Below are positions 23,100 to 38,081 of a DNA stretch of 64,000 nt, piece after piece. Source of the DNA: Convolutriloba macropyga. Lineage: Eukaryota. Below the pieces are notes generated by a model. The model worked only from the letters and a program-made list of their open reading frames with translations. It had not been told where the DNA came from and ran no database searches. The stretch lies in the NCBI RefSeq assembly GCF_964194025.1, contig NC_134476.1, forward strand, positions 56,110,001 through 56,174,000, in the 5' to 3' direction. Within the stretch, counting starts at the first letter, position 1, and every line of letters starts with the position of its first letter. A program made the position numbers and the translations under genes.

Positions 23100-26000
23100 A
23101 CCGGGACAAGATTAACTTGCAGACGGACGAGCAACCCGAACAGCGTCCGTACGACGGCGGAGAGTACAATCAATCTGTACCGCAGATCTTCAAAGAAAAA
23201 CCGAGCAGTTTAATAGTAACCCATAGGATTGGTTTCGCGGACTGCACAAACGTTACCGGTCTTGAGGTGCTGACAGGGTGGCGTCTGCAACTACAATAAC
23301 GGTTCAGAGCAGACACATACTTCTTGAGCCAGTGCATTGGCATGGAGATGCTGGCTAGCGTACCCGTTGCGATTATTGAATTTGTCGACTGCTTACGATG
23401 AGTGAACACCAAAGATTGACGGAAATCTGGTTGTTCGATTACCAAGTAGATAACGCTCGCATGTTACTGCGCCGCGACTCAGTTGAACATATTTGGCTTT
23501 AGCAGGCGTTTCCGGACCCGTGTTTCTTGCGTAATGCACTACATAAAATCTGGTGTTCAAAATTTCATACGTGAGGCAAGGCTTATTGAGAATACGATAG
23601 AGCTACAAACTTGTATAAAGCTCTTAAAGATACAAAGAAAACTTTCCTCAGATGCATGCTTGGTGGGACAAACCTGGCGGAATAAACATCCACTTGCTAC
23701 GTTTATGCTCAAATTTGGAGACAATTATTACGATAGCCCATTTTCAATGCGCTCACAGAGCTCATTTTTGGCTGCAATGAAGTGGACCACTATTTGACTT
23801 AATCTTACCTGGCATACACCGTTGGAGGGCAGTACTCTTTAGGACAATTCTCTTTAGAACCCGCTATTTGTGAAAAATGGAGACTGATTCGCGAGTTACT
23901 AATTTGGGTGGTTTGCAAGGATTGGTTGAAAAATTTTTGCTAGAGAAGAAATGGAACTTTCTGCAATAGTTGCAGTTTGACTTGTTGGAACGCAATGAGG
24001 AATGTAGTTTAATGGGAATAACAATATTGTAGTTTTTACTGCCAGTAAACAATTCAACTTCGTGCAATTTTACACGCATATGCCACATGAAACAGTTTAA
24101 CGCATATGAAACGTGTATTTTTTGCCATTGGGAGTTTCATTTCAAATTCAACCTCAACAAGTGGTTTGATGGAGCGATTGAGCATATGAGATCCTTAAAA
24201 CTGAAAAACTATGGAACGGAGCGATGCTGCTACTCCAGTTCACGAGTTTTTGTTTGGCGTTGAATCCAAAACAAAATATTGGAGATGGCGTTTGCAATTA
24301 TCAAACTCGTTGTCATCTTTTAAGCTACCGTCAACGTTGTTGTAATTTTGTGAGAAGTTACGGGACGGAGTGGTCACACAATTTTATCAGACAAAAATAA
24401 TCTAACACTTTGTTCCAGGAACTTTGGGGATAAGGCCAACGATGTGGTGGAGTGAACACATGAAACAGTTTAACGCATATGAAACGTGTATTTTTTGCCA
24501 TTGGGACTTTCATTTCAAATTCAACCTCAACAAGTGGTTTGATGGAGCGATTGAGCATATGAGATCCTTAAAACTGAAAAACTATGGAACGGAGCGATGC
24601 TGCTACTCCAGCTCACGAGTTTTTGTTTGGCGTTGAATCCAAAACAAAATATTGGAGATGGCGTTTGCAATTATCAAACTCGTTGTCATCTTTTAAGCTA
24701 CCGTCAACGTTGTTGTAATTTTGTGAGAAGTTACGGGACGGAGTGGTCACACAATTTTATCAGACAAAAATAATCTAACACTTTGTTCCAGGAACTTTGG
24801 GGATAAGGCCAACGAAGTGGTGGAGTGAACACATGAAACAGTTTAACGCATATGAAACGTGTATTTTTTGCCATTGGGAGTTTCATTTCAAATTCAACCT
24901 CAACAAGTGGTTTGATGGAGCGATTCAGCATATGAGATCCTTAAAACTGAAAAACTATGGAACGGAGCGATGCTGCTACTCCAGTTCACGAGTTTTTGTT
25001 TGGCGTTGAATCCAAAACAAAATATTGGAGATGGCGTTTGCAATTATCAAACTCGTTGTCATCTTTTAAGCTACCGTCAACGTTGTTGTAATTTTGTGAG
25101 AAGTTACGGGACGGAGTGGTCACACAATTTTATCAGACAAAAATAATCTAACACTTTGTTCCAGGAACTTTGGGGATAAGGCCAACGATGTGGTGGAGTG
25201 AACATAACACCATTTGGTTACAACGCAAAAGTTAATTTCATCAACGATGGCAATGTTTGATACGGAAGAGAATTGTTTAGTTCTCAAGAACTCAGGACCT
25301 CTCAGCTAACTACTAGACCGTAAAAATTCCAAACGGGCCAGGATCGGCGTTAATTATCAAAATCGTTTCCTTTGGTCAAGACTGCTGTTCTTCAGATTTT
25401 CAATTTCAAAAAAATGTGATGCTTGTTAATTGAATTAGACTTTTACAGAACAAGGATACTGTTTGTCAAAGTGCCCTACTAAAAATGACGGCACTAAATT
25501 TGTCCCGAGGGAAATTAACAAACATGTTGCGTAAGATGTGATTGTGGTCCTGAAAAGCAAATTCTAGGTTCCGTGATCTTCCCGACTTTGAGGGCGCAGG
25601 TCAGAATCAATGAAAAGAATCTGTCAATCTTGTTCTTAGCTACATCATCAACCTAATTTTGTCCATTGACAGACCCAAATTGTTTCAAAACCAAAATAAT
25701 CACGTAGAGTCAACTGTGCAACAATAGCAGTTGATTGTAGACGACTTTTGACCCGAGAGGAAGGAGAAAGCGGTGTATTACACTCTTTGTAATGTAATTT
25801 ATTTACTTGTCCATTGATGTAAGTCTGGATTAAAATGAGCCGTTCACCCAATGCTTTTAATTGATTGAATGCGGAAAAGTGTTTATTGTGTGATTCAATG
25901 ATCTCATTAGCCCGCAAAGTTTTGACATCATACGTTTTTCCAATCGGCACTGTACTGTTTTTTGGCAGACTGACAAATTCACTTGATCACTTTCGATACA

Positions 26001-28280
26001 AAATTTGCGTTGAATTACACTGAAGCCAAGACCGACGCCGATCGTTCAAAAACGTTTGAAAGCCAAACTATTGGCAAAATAACGGCAAATTGAGAGAACT
26101 TCGCGTTGTTGCTGATGTACTCTTAAGGTGAATAGCGCGACCCACGCCATGTTCAAGTATCATTTTGACGTTCCCAAAGCAATTTGTTACGGGTTCTCAA
26201 AGAGGTTACTTTTCTCGCAATGGTTTAATGTCCATGATGTGGGAGCATACATGTAAGTTATCAGTCACTTGAAGACTTACTTCGAACAACTCAATTGCTG
26301 TGCTGACGCTTGGTATTATAGTCAGTTGAATCACATTGGCGTCAATGGCTTCCTCGATATTAAAACAACTGTTAGTTTCAATGTTCTACTGTGCGAATCA
26401 AGTCTACTGACTATGCAAAGGAATTCCAAGAAGTACATTAACCCGCAAAGCACAAAGATAAAGCCGTGGTATCTGTGCTAAAAGTACTGTGTTAAAAGTT
26501 ATTGCCTACAACATTTCAGTTGCATGAAGAAGATCGAAAACACTGCCGATAGATTAAATTGTAATGCTTTTGAAGGTTTGCTTTGACTTTTTCAGCTTTA
26601 GTGTTGAAATTGTTCATATTTTTTTAAAGGCATAGATGGATAAACTCTCCTAGCTCCACGAAAAAATTTGTTTGGAAAGTTGTTGTAACCGACTTCATTT
26701 CATGTTATTCGCACACTGCCGAAACATATGTTCTTCCCTACGGCAGGAGAAACGTAGTTGTGCTTCCACGACTCCTTTTGCTTGATGGTTGGGAGTGTTT
26801 TTTCTCCTATAGATACAACACGACTAAACGCTATAGTTGCTTTTGCGAATGGAGGGAGAGTTGTTGCAACTGGCATTTATGACTGCACTTTTCGTGTTTT
26901 CGTGTGAGTTGACAGCAATTGTCTCTAATGCAACTTGGTTTTTGGCTTTAAATTGGCGTTGTCTTTAGGTATTAAAATGCTTACGTTTGTTTCTTCGCAT
27001 CATGTTCCTTGATCAGCTGCATGATGTCACGTAGTGTCCAATTAACACAATTTTTCTTAATCATTAAAGGTATTAGAGGATCCGATCTTTTATATTACGA
27101 GGCAACTTCTTCGCAGCCTTAATTGTCTTGCATTTTTTCAGTCAAATCTGTGAAGGTGACTGGAAAATTTTAAAAGGGTAAATCCGTAGGATTTGGCGTG
27201 AAGTTTTATACATTAGGGTTTACTTGGGGCTGGTACTTCTCCTGTGGAAGCGAAGGTTGATAACGTTGATTAAATTGCGTTTTAATGATGCTTGCAGAAG
27301 GTGAAATGTTCGGTTTAGGCAGAAAAGGCAGTAGTTGATTTGATCGGAGATAAAAAAGGTTTGCTGGAAATGCTGGTAGCGGCGAATGAATAAAACCAAA
27401 ATGTGCTCAGAATTTGTAGGGTTTGCGGGGTTATCCTAAGTAGTTACTTTTATGGGGACGGTTGAAGACTGCATCTGTTTGTCATGGAGTTGGTGAGTTA
27501 GACATTAGGGGGGCATTAGCATCAAATTGATGCGAGTGAGGAAAAGTGAGTAGATTTAAGTGTCCTGGCACGCAAGGTTTTTCAAAAACTGTTCGTCAAC
27601 GCACAAAAGCGAGAAGAAGCTTGACGGCATGATAAATTTGGAGTGTTTACTTGTAATAGCGAACCAAATTGATTTGGCGGTGATAGTGATTTGTTTCATT
27701 TAAACTGTGCCGACTGCTGATGAATTTGGAAAAGCGCAACATTGTTTAGGTTTCTCATTTTCAAATCCAGCAAACAGTTTGTTTTTTCAATGTTGGTGTT
27801 GGCCTCACATTGAACTATGCACTGATTTTGTAGAGACTTGAGTTTGGGCTTTCAACTAATGGAGCGCCAGATGCAATGGTTTGATTCGGTTGTCCGATGG
27901 AACCAGAAAAATGCTAATTGATTCAGCTGCAACATCTGCAAGGTTTCCTTGCAGTAATGAATTTACCCGAATCTAAGCAAAAATGTTGGATTGAGCAAAC
28001 TTTTTTGAGTAAAACTTCATTGCAGCTGGCCAAAATGTTGACTGCATACTATTGAACTATTTCCTATCTCAAATTTGCCAAGCGCCGCTGCGGCAACGCC
28101 TTTGAAATGTTCCGCTTTATCCTGCTGGTTTTCTTTATCTAGCAACTGGAGTTGTATTTTTGCAATATGACGCTGCTTGATTTTGGAAGCTCTGCCTTCC
28201 CATCTGTTTTGTTTTTCGCCAATTTCAATTTTACTGTTATTAAGATCCGTTAATTATTTCTAATTTTTTCGAACAATATA
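23100..28280 (-). mobile_element. Highly decayed Ty3/Gypsy-like LTR retrotransposon remnant
   Basis: Eroded minus-strand motifs in Gypsy order: PR-like VNVLLGIP (~26430), RT N-terminus VPIGK..LRANEIIES (25650-25950), RNase H-like IINADPGPFGI (~25340), integrase-like NELCERI (~23750). Many stops; no LTRs found. Confidence 0.45.
24085..25204. repeat. 373-bp tandem triplication, near-identical copies
   Basis: Units start CACATGAAACAGTTTAACG at ~24085, ~24457 and ~24830; duplicated ORFs in the track are offset by 373. Confidence 0.95.
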
Positions 28281-31200
28281 TGTGAGAACTTGTCTTTGAG
28301 TGGTAAATTTGTTTTTCTCTGTTGTCTTTTTCTTCTGCAAAGAATCTTTTCTTCTGGCAGTGACAATAAGCTCATCCATTTTCAATTTTCAGTTTTTCAC
28401 CATTCTTTAATTGACTCACATGAGGCAACTGAGTTTCACCAGTTCCTTTTTTTAACTGAATTTTTATCATCATGCCTGCGTGGGAGGGGGGCAGTTATAG
28501 TACTTGTACTTTTTTTGAAAAATTGGAAATCATTTTAATCTGATCCCTAGAATATCAAAAATTAAGAGTCTTTTATGCTCATAGACGACTTACAACTAAA
28601 TGTAGTCCTCATCTCTTGAGGAACGCCTTAACTACAAATGTATAATTTCTGAGCATTTTCAGCTAATGTCCGTCAATCAGCAATTTTGTGGAGTCAAATA
28701 TTTTCACTCTACAGGATTGGTAGATTGAAAGCATTTTTCAAAGAAAATTTAAAAGCATGAAATTTTTTTCAGGCTAAAATTACCATAGGACAAAAAATTT
28801 TATGATATCATTTGTTTTGAGAGGTTCATCAAAAGAATCCAAAACGTAGTTTCAACAAGAGATTTGAGACTGCGAGAAATTGTGAATAATCAACTTTAAA
28901 GACGACAAAAAAATTCGCATTTTTTAAAAAAATTACCTAAACTCTTTGCCAATGAAAATTGAAATGGAGCAGACAAGATATAATGAGATGCATTTCAAGA
29001 CACTCAATTTTCATTCCGATAGCATTTGGAGTCTTCGCATGCCGCTGAAAAAAAGTGCTGTTAAAACAGCGGTTGATTTTTTGCTTTTGGAGGGAGTGAG
29101 GGCATGAGAGTCCCATAAGATTCATCAGTTTGCCACACATCCTTTAAACAAATTTGTTGAGTTTTTTTACAAGGTTCAGATAAAAGAATAAAAAATCAAA
29201 TTTCATACTGGTGACGTTTTCAACAGATAAGATGGCAAAAGCCGACAACAGTTAAAACTGCTGATTTTGAACAGATAGCGTTTTGCTTGTTTCAGATGTT
29301 CAAAGTTTAGTTAAAACTATTTTTTTGCTGAATTAAGGTTGCTTCATGGGCTCAATTTTTGATTATGTACACTTTATTTATACTTCCTGACTTTGCTACT
29401 GGTTTTACAAAGAAATTGTTTTCTAGTTTTTAGAAGATGGCTTATTGGTAGTGCTGCTTTACTTAGGATCCACGAAACCTTCCAGCTAAAATTTGAGACA
29501 TTTTCTTGCTGCTGGAAAACTAATTGAGATAGAAAACGCTTCCGCCTAATTAAATTTTTTAGGTTTGGTTTTTTATTTGAAGAAGCTGCGATTGCTGCTC
29601 TTCATGAATTATGTGCTCCAATTGATGACCAGGAACTAATTTATTTAAAAGAATTTACCTAGAGAAAAGAAATTGTTTGTCAAATTCACTGCTGTTTGAT
29701 AGCAATTTTTCTTCTTTCTCTATCCTCATTTTTTAAACAAGGTTGCAGTAACTAACAAATCATGGTCTTTTAAATAATCAAAATACCATCGGGGGTGTTA
29801 AATTTGTTTTTCTCTGTTGTCTTTTTCTTCTGCAAAGAATCTTTTTTTCTGCCAAGTGACAGTAAGCTCATCGATTTTTGTTTTTTAATTTTTCACTATT
29901 CTTTAAGAGGTGGTGAAAAATTCACTTGAGGCAATTGAGTTTCACCAGTTTCTTCTTTTAAGTGAATTTTTATCATCTTGTCTGCGTGGGAGGGGGTGGG
30001 CAGTTATAACAATTTTACTTTTTTGAAAAATTGGAAATCACTTTCATCTGATCCTAAGAATATGAAAAATTAATGGTCTTTTATGCTCATAGACGACTAA
30101 CAACTAGAGGTAGTCCTGATCTCTTGCGGAACGCCTTAACTACAAATGTATAATTTCTGAGCATTTTCAGCTAATGTCCGTCAATCAGCAATTTTGTGGA
30201 GTCAAATATTTTCACTCTACAGGATTGGTAGATTGAAAGCATTTTTCAAAGAAAATTTAAAAGCATGCAATTTTTTTCAGGCTAAAATTACCATAGGACA
30301 AAAAATTTTATGATATCATTTGTTTTGAGAGGTTCATCAAAAGAATCCAAAACGTAGTTTCAACAAGAGATTTGAGACTGCGAGAAATTGTGAATAATCA
30401 ACTTTAAAGACGACAAAAAAATTTGCATTTTTTTTAAAAATTACCTAAACTCTTTGCCAATGAAAATTGAAATGGAGCAGACAAGATATAATGAGATGCA
30501 TTTCAAGACACTCAATTTTCATTCCGATAGCATTTGGAGTCTTCGCATGCCGCTGAAAAAAAGTGCTGTTAAAACAGCGGTTGATTTTTTGCTTTTGGAG
30601 GGAGTGAGGGCATGAGAGTCCCATAAGATTCATCAGTTTGCCACACATCCTTTAAACAAATTTGTTGAGTTTTTTTACAAGGTTCAGATAAAAGAATAAA
30701 AAATCAAATTTCATACTGGTGACGTTTTCAACAGATAAGATGGCAAAAGCCGACAACAGTTAAAACTGCTGATTTTGAACAGATAGCGTTTTGCTTGTTT
30801 CAGATGTTCAAAGTTTAGTTAAAACTATTTTTTTGCTGAATTCAGGTTGCTTCATGGGCTCAATTTTTGATTATGTACACTTTATTTATACTTCCTGACT
30901 TTGCTACTGGTTTTACAAAGAAATTGTTTTCTAGTTTTTAGAAGATGGCTTATTGGTAGTGCTGCTTTACTTAGGATCCACGAAACCTTCCAGCTAAAAT
31001 TTGAGACATTTTCTTGCTGCTGGAAAACTAATTGAGATAGAAAACGCTTCCGCTTAATTAATTTTTTTAGGTTTGGTTTTTTGTTTGAAGAAGCTGCGAC
31101 TGCTGCTCTTCATGAATTATGTGCTCCAATTGATGATCAGGAACTAATTTATTTAAAAGAATTTACCTAGAGAAAAGAAATTGTTTGTCAAATTCACTGC

Positions 31201-34200
31201 TGTTTGATAGCAATTTTTCTTCTTTCTCTATCCTCATTTTTTAAACAAGGTTGCAGTAACTAACAAATCATGGTCTTTTAAATAATCAAAATACCATCGG
31301 GGGTGTTAAATTTGTTTTTCTCTGATGTCTTTTTCTTCTGCAAAGAATCTTTTTTTCTGCCAAGTGACAGTAAGCTCATCGATTTTTGTTTTTCAGTTTT
31401 TCACTATTCTTTAAGAGGTGGTGAAAAATTCACTAGAGGCAATTGAGTTTCACCAGTTTCTTCTTTTAAGTGAAGTTTTATCATCTTGTCTGCGTGGGAG
31501 GGGGTGGGCAGTTATAACAATTTTACTTTTTTGAAAAATTGGAAATCACTTTCATCTGATCCTAAGAATATGAAAAATTAATGGTCTTTTATGCTCATAG
31601 ACGACTAACAACTAGAGTTAGTCCTGATCTCTTGCGGAACGCCTTAACTACAAATGTATAATTTCTGAGCATTTTACTGCTGATATCTGCAAATCAGCAT
31701 TTTTGTGGAGTCAAATAGTCTTCACTCTGTAGGATTAGTAGATTGAAAGCATTTTTCTAAGAGAAATTGAACGCATCCAATTTTTTTTCAGGTAAAAAAT
31801 TACCACAGGACAAAAGATTTTATGATACCATTTGTTTTGAGAGGTTTATCAAAAGAATCCGAAAACGTTGCTTCAACAATAAATCTTAGGATGCAAGAAA
31901 TTGTGAGTAAACAACTTTGAAGACAGCAAAATTTTTGCACTTTGCCAATGAAAATTGAAATTGTGCAGACAATATATAATGAGAAGCAATTCAAGACACT
32001 CAATTTTCATTTCGGAAGCAGTTGGACTCTTTCCATGTCGTTGAAAAAAATTGCTGTTAAAACAGCGGTTGTTTTTTTTGCATTTGGAGGGAGTGAGGGC
32101 ATGAGAGTCCCATAAGATTCATCGGTTTGCAACACATCCAACAAATTTGTTGAGTTTTTTTGCAAGGTTCAGATAAAATAAAAAAAATTCCTACTGGTGA
32201 CGTTTTCAACAGATACGATGGCAAAAACCGACAACAGTTAAAGCTGCCGATTTTGAACAGATAGCGTTTTACTAGTTTCAGATGTTCAAAGTTGAGAAAA
32301 AACGAATTTTTCGCTGAATTAAGGTTGCTTCATGGGCTCAATTTTTGATTAGGTACACTTTATGTATACTTGCTGAATTTGCTACTGGTTTTGCAAAGAC
32401 ATAGTTTTCCAGTTTTTAGAAGATGGTTTTTTGGTAGTGCTGCTTTACTTAGGATCCACGAAACCTTCCAGCTAAAATTTGAGACATTTTCTTGCTGCTG
32501 GAAAACTAATTGAGATAGAAAACGCTTCCGCTTAATTAATTTTTTTAGGTTTGGTTTTTTGTTTGAAGAAGCTGCGACTGCTGCTCTTCATGAATTATGT
32601 GCTCCAATTGATGATCAGGAACTAATTTATTTAAAAGAATTTACCTAGAGAAAAGAAATTGTTTGTCAAATTCACTGCTGTTTGATAGCAATTTTTCTTC
32701 TTTCTCTATCCTCATTTTTTAAACAAGGTTGCAGTAACTAACAAATCATGGTCTTTTAAATAATCAAAATACCATCGGGGGTGTTAAATTTGTTTTTCTC
32801 TGATGTCTTTTTCTTCTGCAAAGAATCTTTTTTTCTGCCAAGTGACAGTAAGCTCATCGATTTTTGTTTTTCAGTTTTTCACTATTCTTTAAGAGGTGGT
32901 GAAAAATTCACTAGAGGCAATTGAGTTTCACCAGTTTCTTCTTTTAAGTGAAGTTTTATCATCTTGTCTGCGTGGGAGGGGGTGGGCAGTTATAACAATT
33001 TTACTTTTTTGAAAAATTGGAAATCACTTTCATCTGATCCTAAGAATATGAAAAATTAATGGTCTTTTATGCTCATAGACGACTAACAACTAGAGGTAGT
33101 CCTGATCTCTTGCGGAACGCCTTAACTACAAATGTATAATTTCTGAGCATTTTACTGCTGATATCTGCAAATCAGCATTTTTTTGGAGTCAAATAGTCTT
33201 CACTCTGTAGGATTAGTAGATTGAAAGCATTTTTCTAAGAGAAATTGAACGCATCCAATTTTTTTTCAGGTAAAAAATTACCACAGGACAAAAGATTTTA
33301 TGATACCATTTGTTTTGAGAGGTTTATCAAAAGAATCCGAAAACGTTGCTTCAACAATAAATCTTAGGATGCAAGAAATTGTGAGTAAACAACTTTGAAG
33401 ACAGCAAAATTTTCGCACTTTGCCAATGAAAATTGAAATTGTGCAGACAATATATAATGAGAAGCAATTCAAGACACTCAATTTTCATTTCGGAAGCAGT
33501 TGGACTCTTTCCATGTCGTTGAAAAAAATTGCTGTTAAAACAGCGGTTGTTTTTTTTGCATTTGGAGGGAGTGAGGGCATGAGAGTCCCATAAGATTCAT
33601 CGGTTTGCAACACATCCAACAAATTTGTTGAGTTTTTTTGCAAGGTTCAGATAAAATAAAAAAAATTCCTACTGGTGACGTTTTCAACAGATACGATGGC
33701 AAAAACCGACAACAGTTAAAGCTGCCGATTTTGAACAGATAGCGTTTTACTAGTTTCAGATGTTCAAAGTTGAGAAAAAACGAATTTTTTGCTGAATTAA
33801 GGTTGCTTCATGGGCTCAATTTTTGATTAGGTACACTTTATGTATACTTGCTGAATTTGCTACTGGTTTTGCAAAGACATAGTTTTCTAGTTTTTAGAAG
33901 ATGGTTTTTTGGTAGTGCTGCTTTACTTAGTATTCACTAAACCTTCCAGCTAATATTTGAGACATTTTCTTGATGTTTGAAAACTAATTGGGCTAGAAAA
34001 CCCTTCCGCTTCATCAAATTTTTTAGGTTTGGTTTTTTGTTTGAAGAAGATACAATTGCTGCTCGTCATCGTTTATGTGTTCCAATTGATGATCAGGAAC
34101 TAATTTATTTAAAAAATTTACATAGAGATTAGAAAATGTTTGTAAATCCACTGCTGTTTGATAACACTTTTTCATCCTTCGCTACCCTCATTTTTTAAAC

Positions 34201-35193
34201 AGGGTTGCAGTAAATAACAATTTTGATTATAGTCTTTTATATAATCAAAATACCATCGGGAATGGTAAATTTTTTCTCTGTTGTCCTTTTCTTCTGCAAT
34301 GAATCTTTTCTTCCGGCAGTGTCAATAAGCTCATCGATTTTCCTTTTTCAGTTTTTTAACAATCTTTAATTGCCTCACTTGAGGCAATTGAGTTTCACCA
34401 GTTTTGATTTTTAACTGAGTTTTTATCACCATGCCTGCGTCGGGGGAGGGGGGCAGTTGTAACACTTTTGCTTTTTTGAAAGATTGGAATTCACTTTTAT
34501 CTGATTCTTAGAATATCAAAAATTAATAGTCTTTTATGCTCATATACGACTTACAACTAGATGTGGTCCTCATCTCTTGCGGAACGCTTTACCTGCAAAT
34601 TTATAATTTCTTACCATTTTTCAGTTAATATCTGCCAATCAGCAGTTTTGTGGAGTCAGAAAACTTTCACTCTACAGGTTTGGTAGATTGGAAGCATTTT
34701 TCAAAGAGAAATTAAAAGCATCCAATTTAATTCAAATATACAATTTGCATAGGACAAAAATTTTATATCATTTGTTTTTTGAGGTTCATGAAAAAAATCC
34801 AAAGACGTAGCTTCAACAAGAAATTTAAGACTGCGAGAAATTGTGAATAATCAACTATGAAGACGACAAAACGACTAGCTTTTTTATAACAATTACCTGA
34901 ATTCTTTGCCAATGAAAATTGAAATGGAGCAGACAAGATATAATAGGATGCATTTCAAGGCACTCAATTTTCATTCCGTATGGAGTTGGAGTCTTCGCAT
35001 GTCGATAAAAAAAATGCTGCTAAAACGGCGGTTGAATTTTCGCATTTGGAGGGAATGAGGGCATGAGATTCATCCGTTTGCCACACATTTCTAAACAATT
35101 TCGTTAAGTTTTTTACAAGATTCAGATAAAATGATAAATTTAAATTTCTCAATGGTAACGTTTTCAACAGATAATATGGCGAAAACCGATAAC

Positions 35194-35237
<44 letters not shown>

Positions 35238-35276
35238 GTTTCAACACCTTTTACAAACTCAAAAGTGCACAGCGAA

Positions 35277-38066
35277 TTAAAACAGATAGGTTTTAAGAGC
35301 TTTACGGAAGCAAAGTTCAGTGGGGATTGACTTCAAAGAGGCTGGTAGTTTATTCCATTCCGTTGGTCCTATGTATCTGAAACTACGTCTATCACAAGCA
35401 CTGCGGGTCTTCGGAACTTCCAAGTTGTACACATAGTTCATTCTCGTAACGCGAGTAGTTCGTTTCAATAGCTCCTGTAGATATAATGGACTGTCCGATG
35501 GCTTGTGGATAGCTCTGTGAACAAAAAGCAACAGCTTGAAAAGACATCTTTGCTTGATTGGAAGCCAGTGCAATTGTCGAATATATGCTGACGTTGGTGT
35601 TCCGGCGTGTAAACAGAAAATACAGCTGGCCGCTACATTCATTACACGCTGGAGTTTTGAAATGAGCTTAGTCGGAAGAGATACATAAAGGATATTGCAA
35701 TAATCAAGGCGTGAGATCACCTGCAGTCTAATCAGCTCAATTAAAATGGTCCTTTCAAGGTGGTGTTTGACAGAGAAAATCTTGCGAAGGTTAAAAAAGC
35801 AGGAAGACACAACACGATTGATCTGCTTCTCCATCAAGAGATTCTGATCGAATTGAACATCCAGGAGTTTAACAGACAAAGATAATCCAGTTTCACAAGG
35901 TATAGAAAGCGGTGGTACAGTCACGGTTCCTTTGTCAGGTTTTTTAAGCCATAAAAACTCACTCTTGTCTTTATTTAACTTCAGACGGAAACTTGAAAAG
36001 AAAGTAGTAATTTGGTTCATGGTATCGTCAAAATTTTGTTGACTAGTGAACAGAAAATATAGAACTGTGTCATCGGCATAGATGTGGAAACCGATGTTCC
36101 TTTGTAACAATAGATCTTCAAGTGGCAGCAGATAGCAACAAAACGAAACGGGTCCTAGGATGGAACCTTGGGGAACACCATACAAAACATCGGATTCGTC
36201 AGAAAAGACACCATCAAGGTAAACACACTGAGTACGTCCTATCAGCTAACTCTCTAGCATCTTCAAGGCGTCAGATCGGACACCGAGACGCATCTCCAAA
36301 ACACGAAGTAACAAATGATGTTCAATCGAATCAAAAGCTGCAGAAAGATCTAGACCCACGTAAAGAAGAGAAAATCCCGAGTCCAAGTAGCCCAATAAAT
36401 CATTAGAGATTCTGGTCAGGGCTGTCTCAGTAGAGTGTCTTCGGCGATAAGCGCTCTGAAACTTGCCATACAAAGAATTAACCTCCAAGTATGTTTTCAA
36501 CTGCTCGAATAAAACTAATTCTAACACTTTGGACAGAAATAGGAGATTAGTAACTGGTCGATAATTGTTCAAGTTCTCCGGATCCAGCGAACGCTTTTTT
36601 ATCAAAGGGACAACGAAGCCTTTTTTCAGGTTCTCGGGGAAACGCGCTGATCTAACCGTCATATTAATAAGAGATAACAAAGAGTCGCAAAAATGCAAAG
36701 AAGCTGTCTTGAATAGCGATGGTGGCATCGGCTCTTTTGGACAACTAGAATTCGATACTTGGTTGACATAATGAAGTAGAGTTTCGCTGCTTATTGTCAT
36801 AAAAGAATCAAGTTGAGAAGTAGGCGACAGAAAATAAGTGGGAAAGTCTGACGTAGGAATTGATTCAACCAACTTCTTAACCTTGGCTAGAAAGAAACTA
36901 TTGAAACAATTCGCCAATTCCTTCGCTGATCCATGAGTTTTTGGTAAACAACGGTGATTTTCTCCAAGCAAAGAAGCGAGCGCTTTAAACTTGAGCTTCT
37001 TGCACGTGCTGGAAATGGTTGAGCTAATGTACTCGCCTTTTTTGACTAATAACAGGCGATAGTACTCATCAGTTGCAAGCGTAAATGACAAAAGTGAGTC
37101 ACTACTTTTAGACTTCCTAAATGCGCGCTCACATTTCCTCTTCTATCTCTTCTGAAATTTCAACTCGTCGTCAAAATAGGGACAATTGTGTGACGTGAAC
37201 CACTTGGTGCGTTTCGGAATTACTCGATCTAAAGCTTTTTCGATAGCAAATAGAAACGCACTCCAAGCAGAATCTACAGCCTGGAACGTGTCTTCAAAAT
37301 GCAGAAATTGAATAAATGAATCAATGCAAAACAATTTCCAACGCCGAAACGCAATAAGTTGCCTCCTCTTCTCCGCAACCCAGGGCACAGAGACACAGAA
37401 CGATATGACATAATGGTCTGATGTTAGCAAGTTATCAGCAACAAGATTGCTTACTGTAAGTGATGATGTCGCTGCTACATGATCGAGGATATTTCCTGCA
37501 GTGTGTGTGGGAACGTTCACAAACTGTTCAAGACAGTGTTCTTCTAGCCATGACAACCAGAGTCTTTCTGATGGAGCGCCAGTGCCGAGATGAATGTTGA
37601 TATCTCCCAAGACAATGATTTTCTCGTACAACACAATAATGTCTTCCATGAAGACAGAAATGGTGTCCAAAAACACAGTGATGTTAGACCCAGGCACTCT
37701 GTAAACACTAACAGCAGCAATACTTGTGTTGTTAAGGCCTAGTTCAAGAAGAACAAGTTCACATGCATCGTTGAATACATCTTTCTTCAGAGTACATACA
37801 ATGTCTTCATGATAAAATAAGCAAATGCCGCCACCTGGTCTAGCCAGACGGGGACAACTACAGTACAGGTACTTTGGAGGACAGCATTGTTGTAATAGAA
37901 AGCAATCAGAACTGTTATCAATAATCCAAGTTTCAGTGACTAACATTGCCTGACAGTCCTTCGCAAGAATGGAAGAATGTAATTGACTTGTTTTGTTATG
38001 GATTGATCGCGAATTAACTAGAGAGAGAGTGAGAAAGCTTTTAACAGAGACATGGGCAGCTTTCAC
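35277..38066 (-). pseudogene. LINE ORF2 (AP endonuclease plus reverse transcriptase) with two in-frame TAG stops
   Basis: NSRSI, VTETW, GDINIH, SDH (endonuclease); NYRPV, DLSAAFD, GVPQGSILGP, YADDT, LHWLP (L2-type RT). The three track ORFs share one frame, broken by TAG at 37143-37145 and 36246-36248. Confidence 0.9.
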
Positions 38067-38081
38067 GATGGTCGTAGATAG

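Noticed and set aside
30080-30145. Possible hammerhead ribozyme or Sm-site RNA in the satellite unit
   Set aside because: No complete CUGAUGA...GAAA core with three stems; AATTTTTG-type motifs are common at this base composition.
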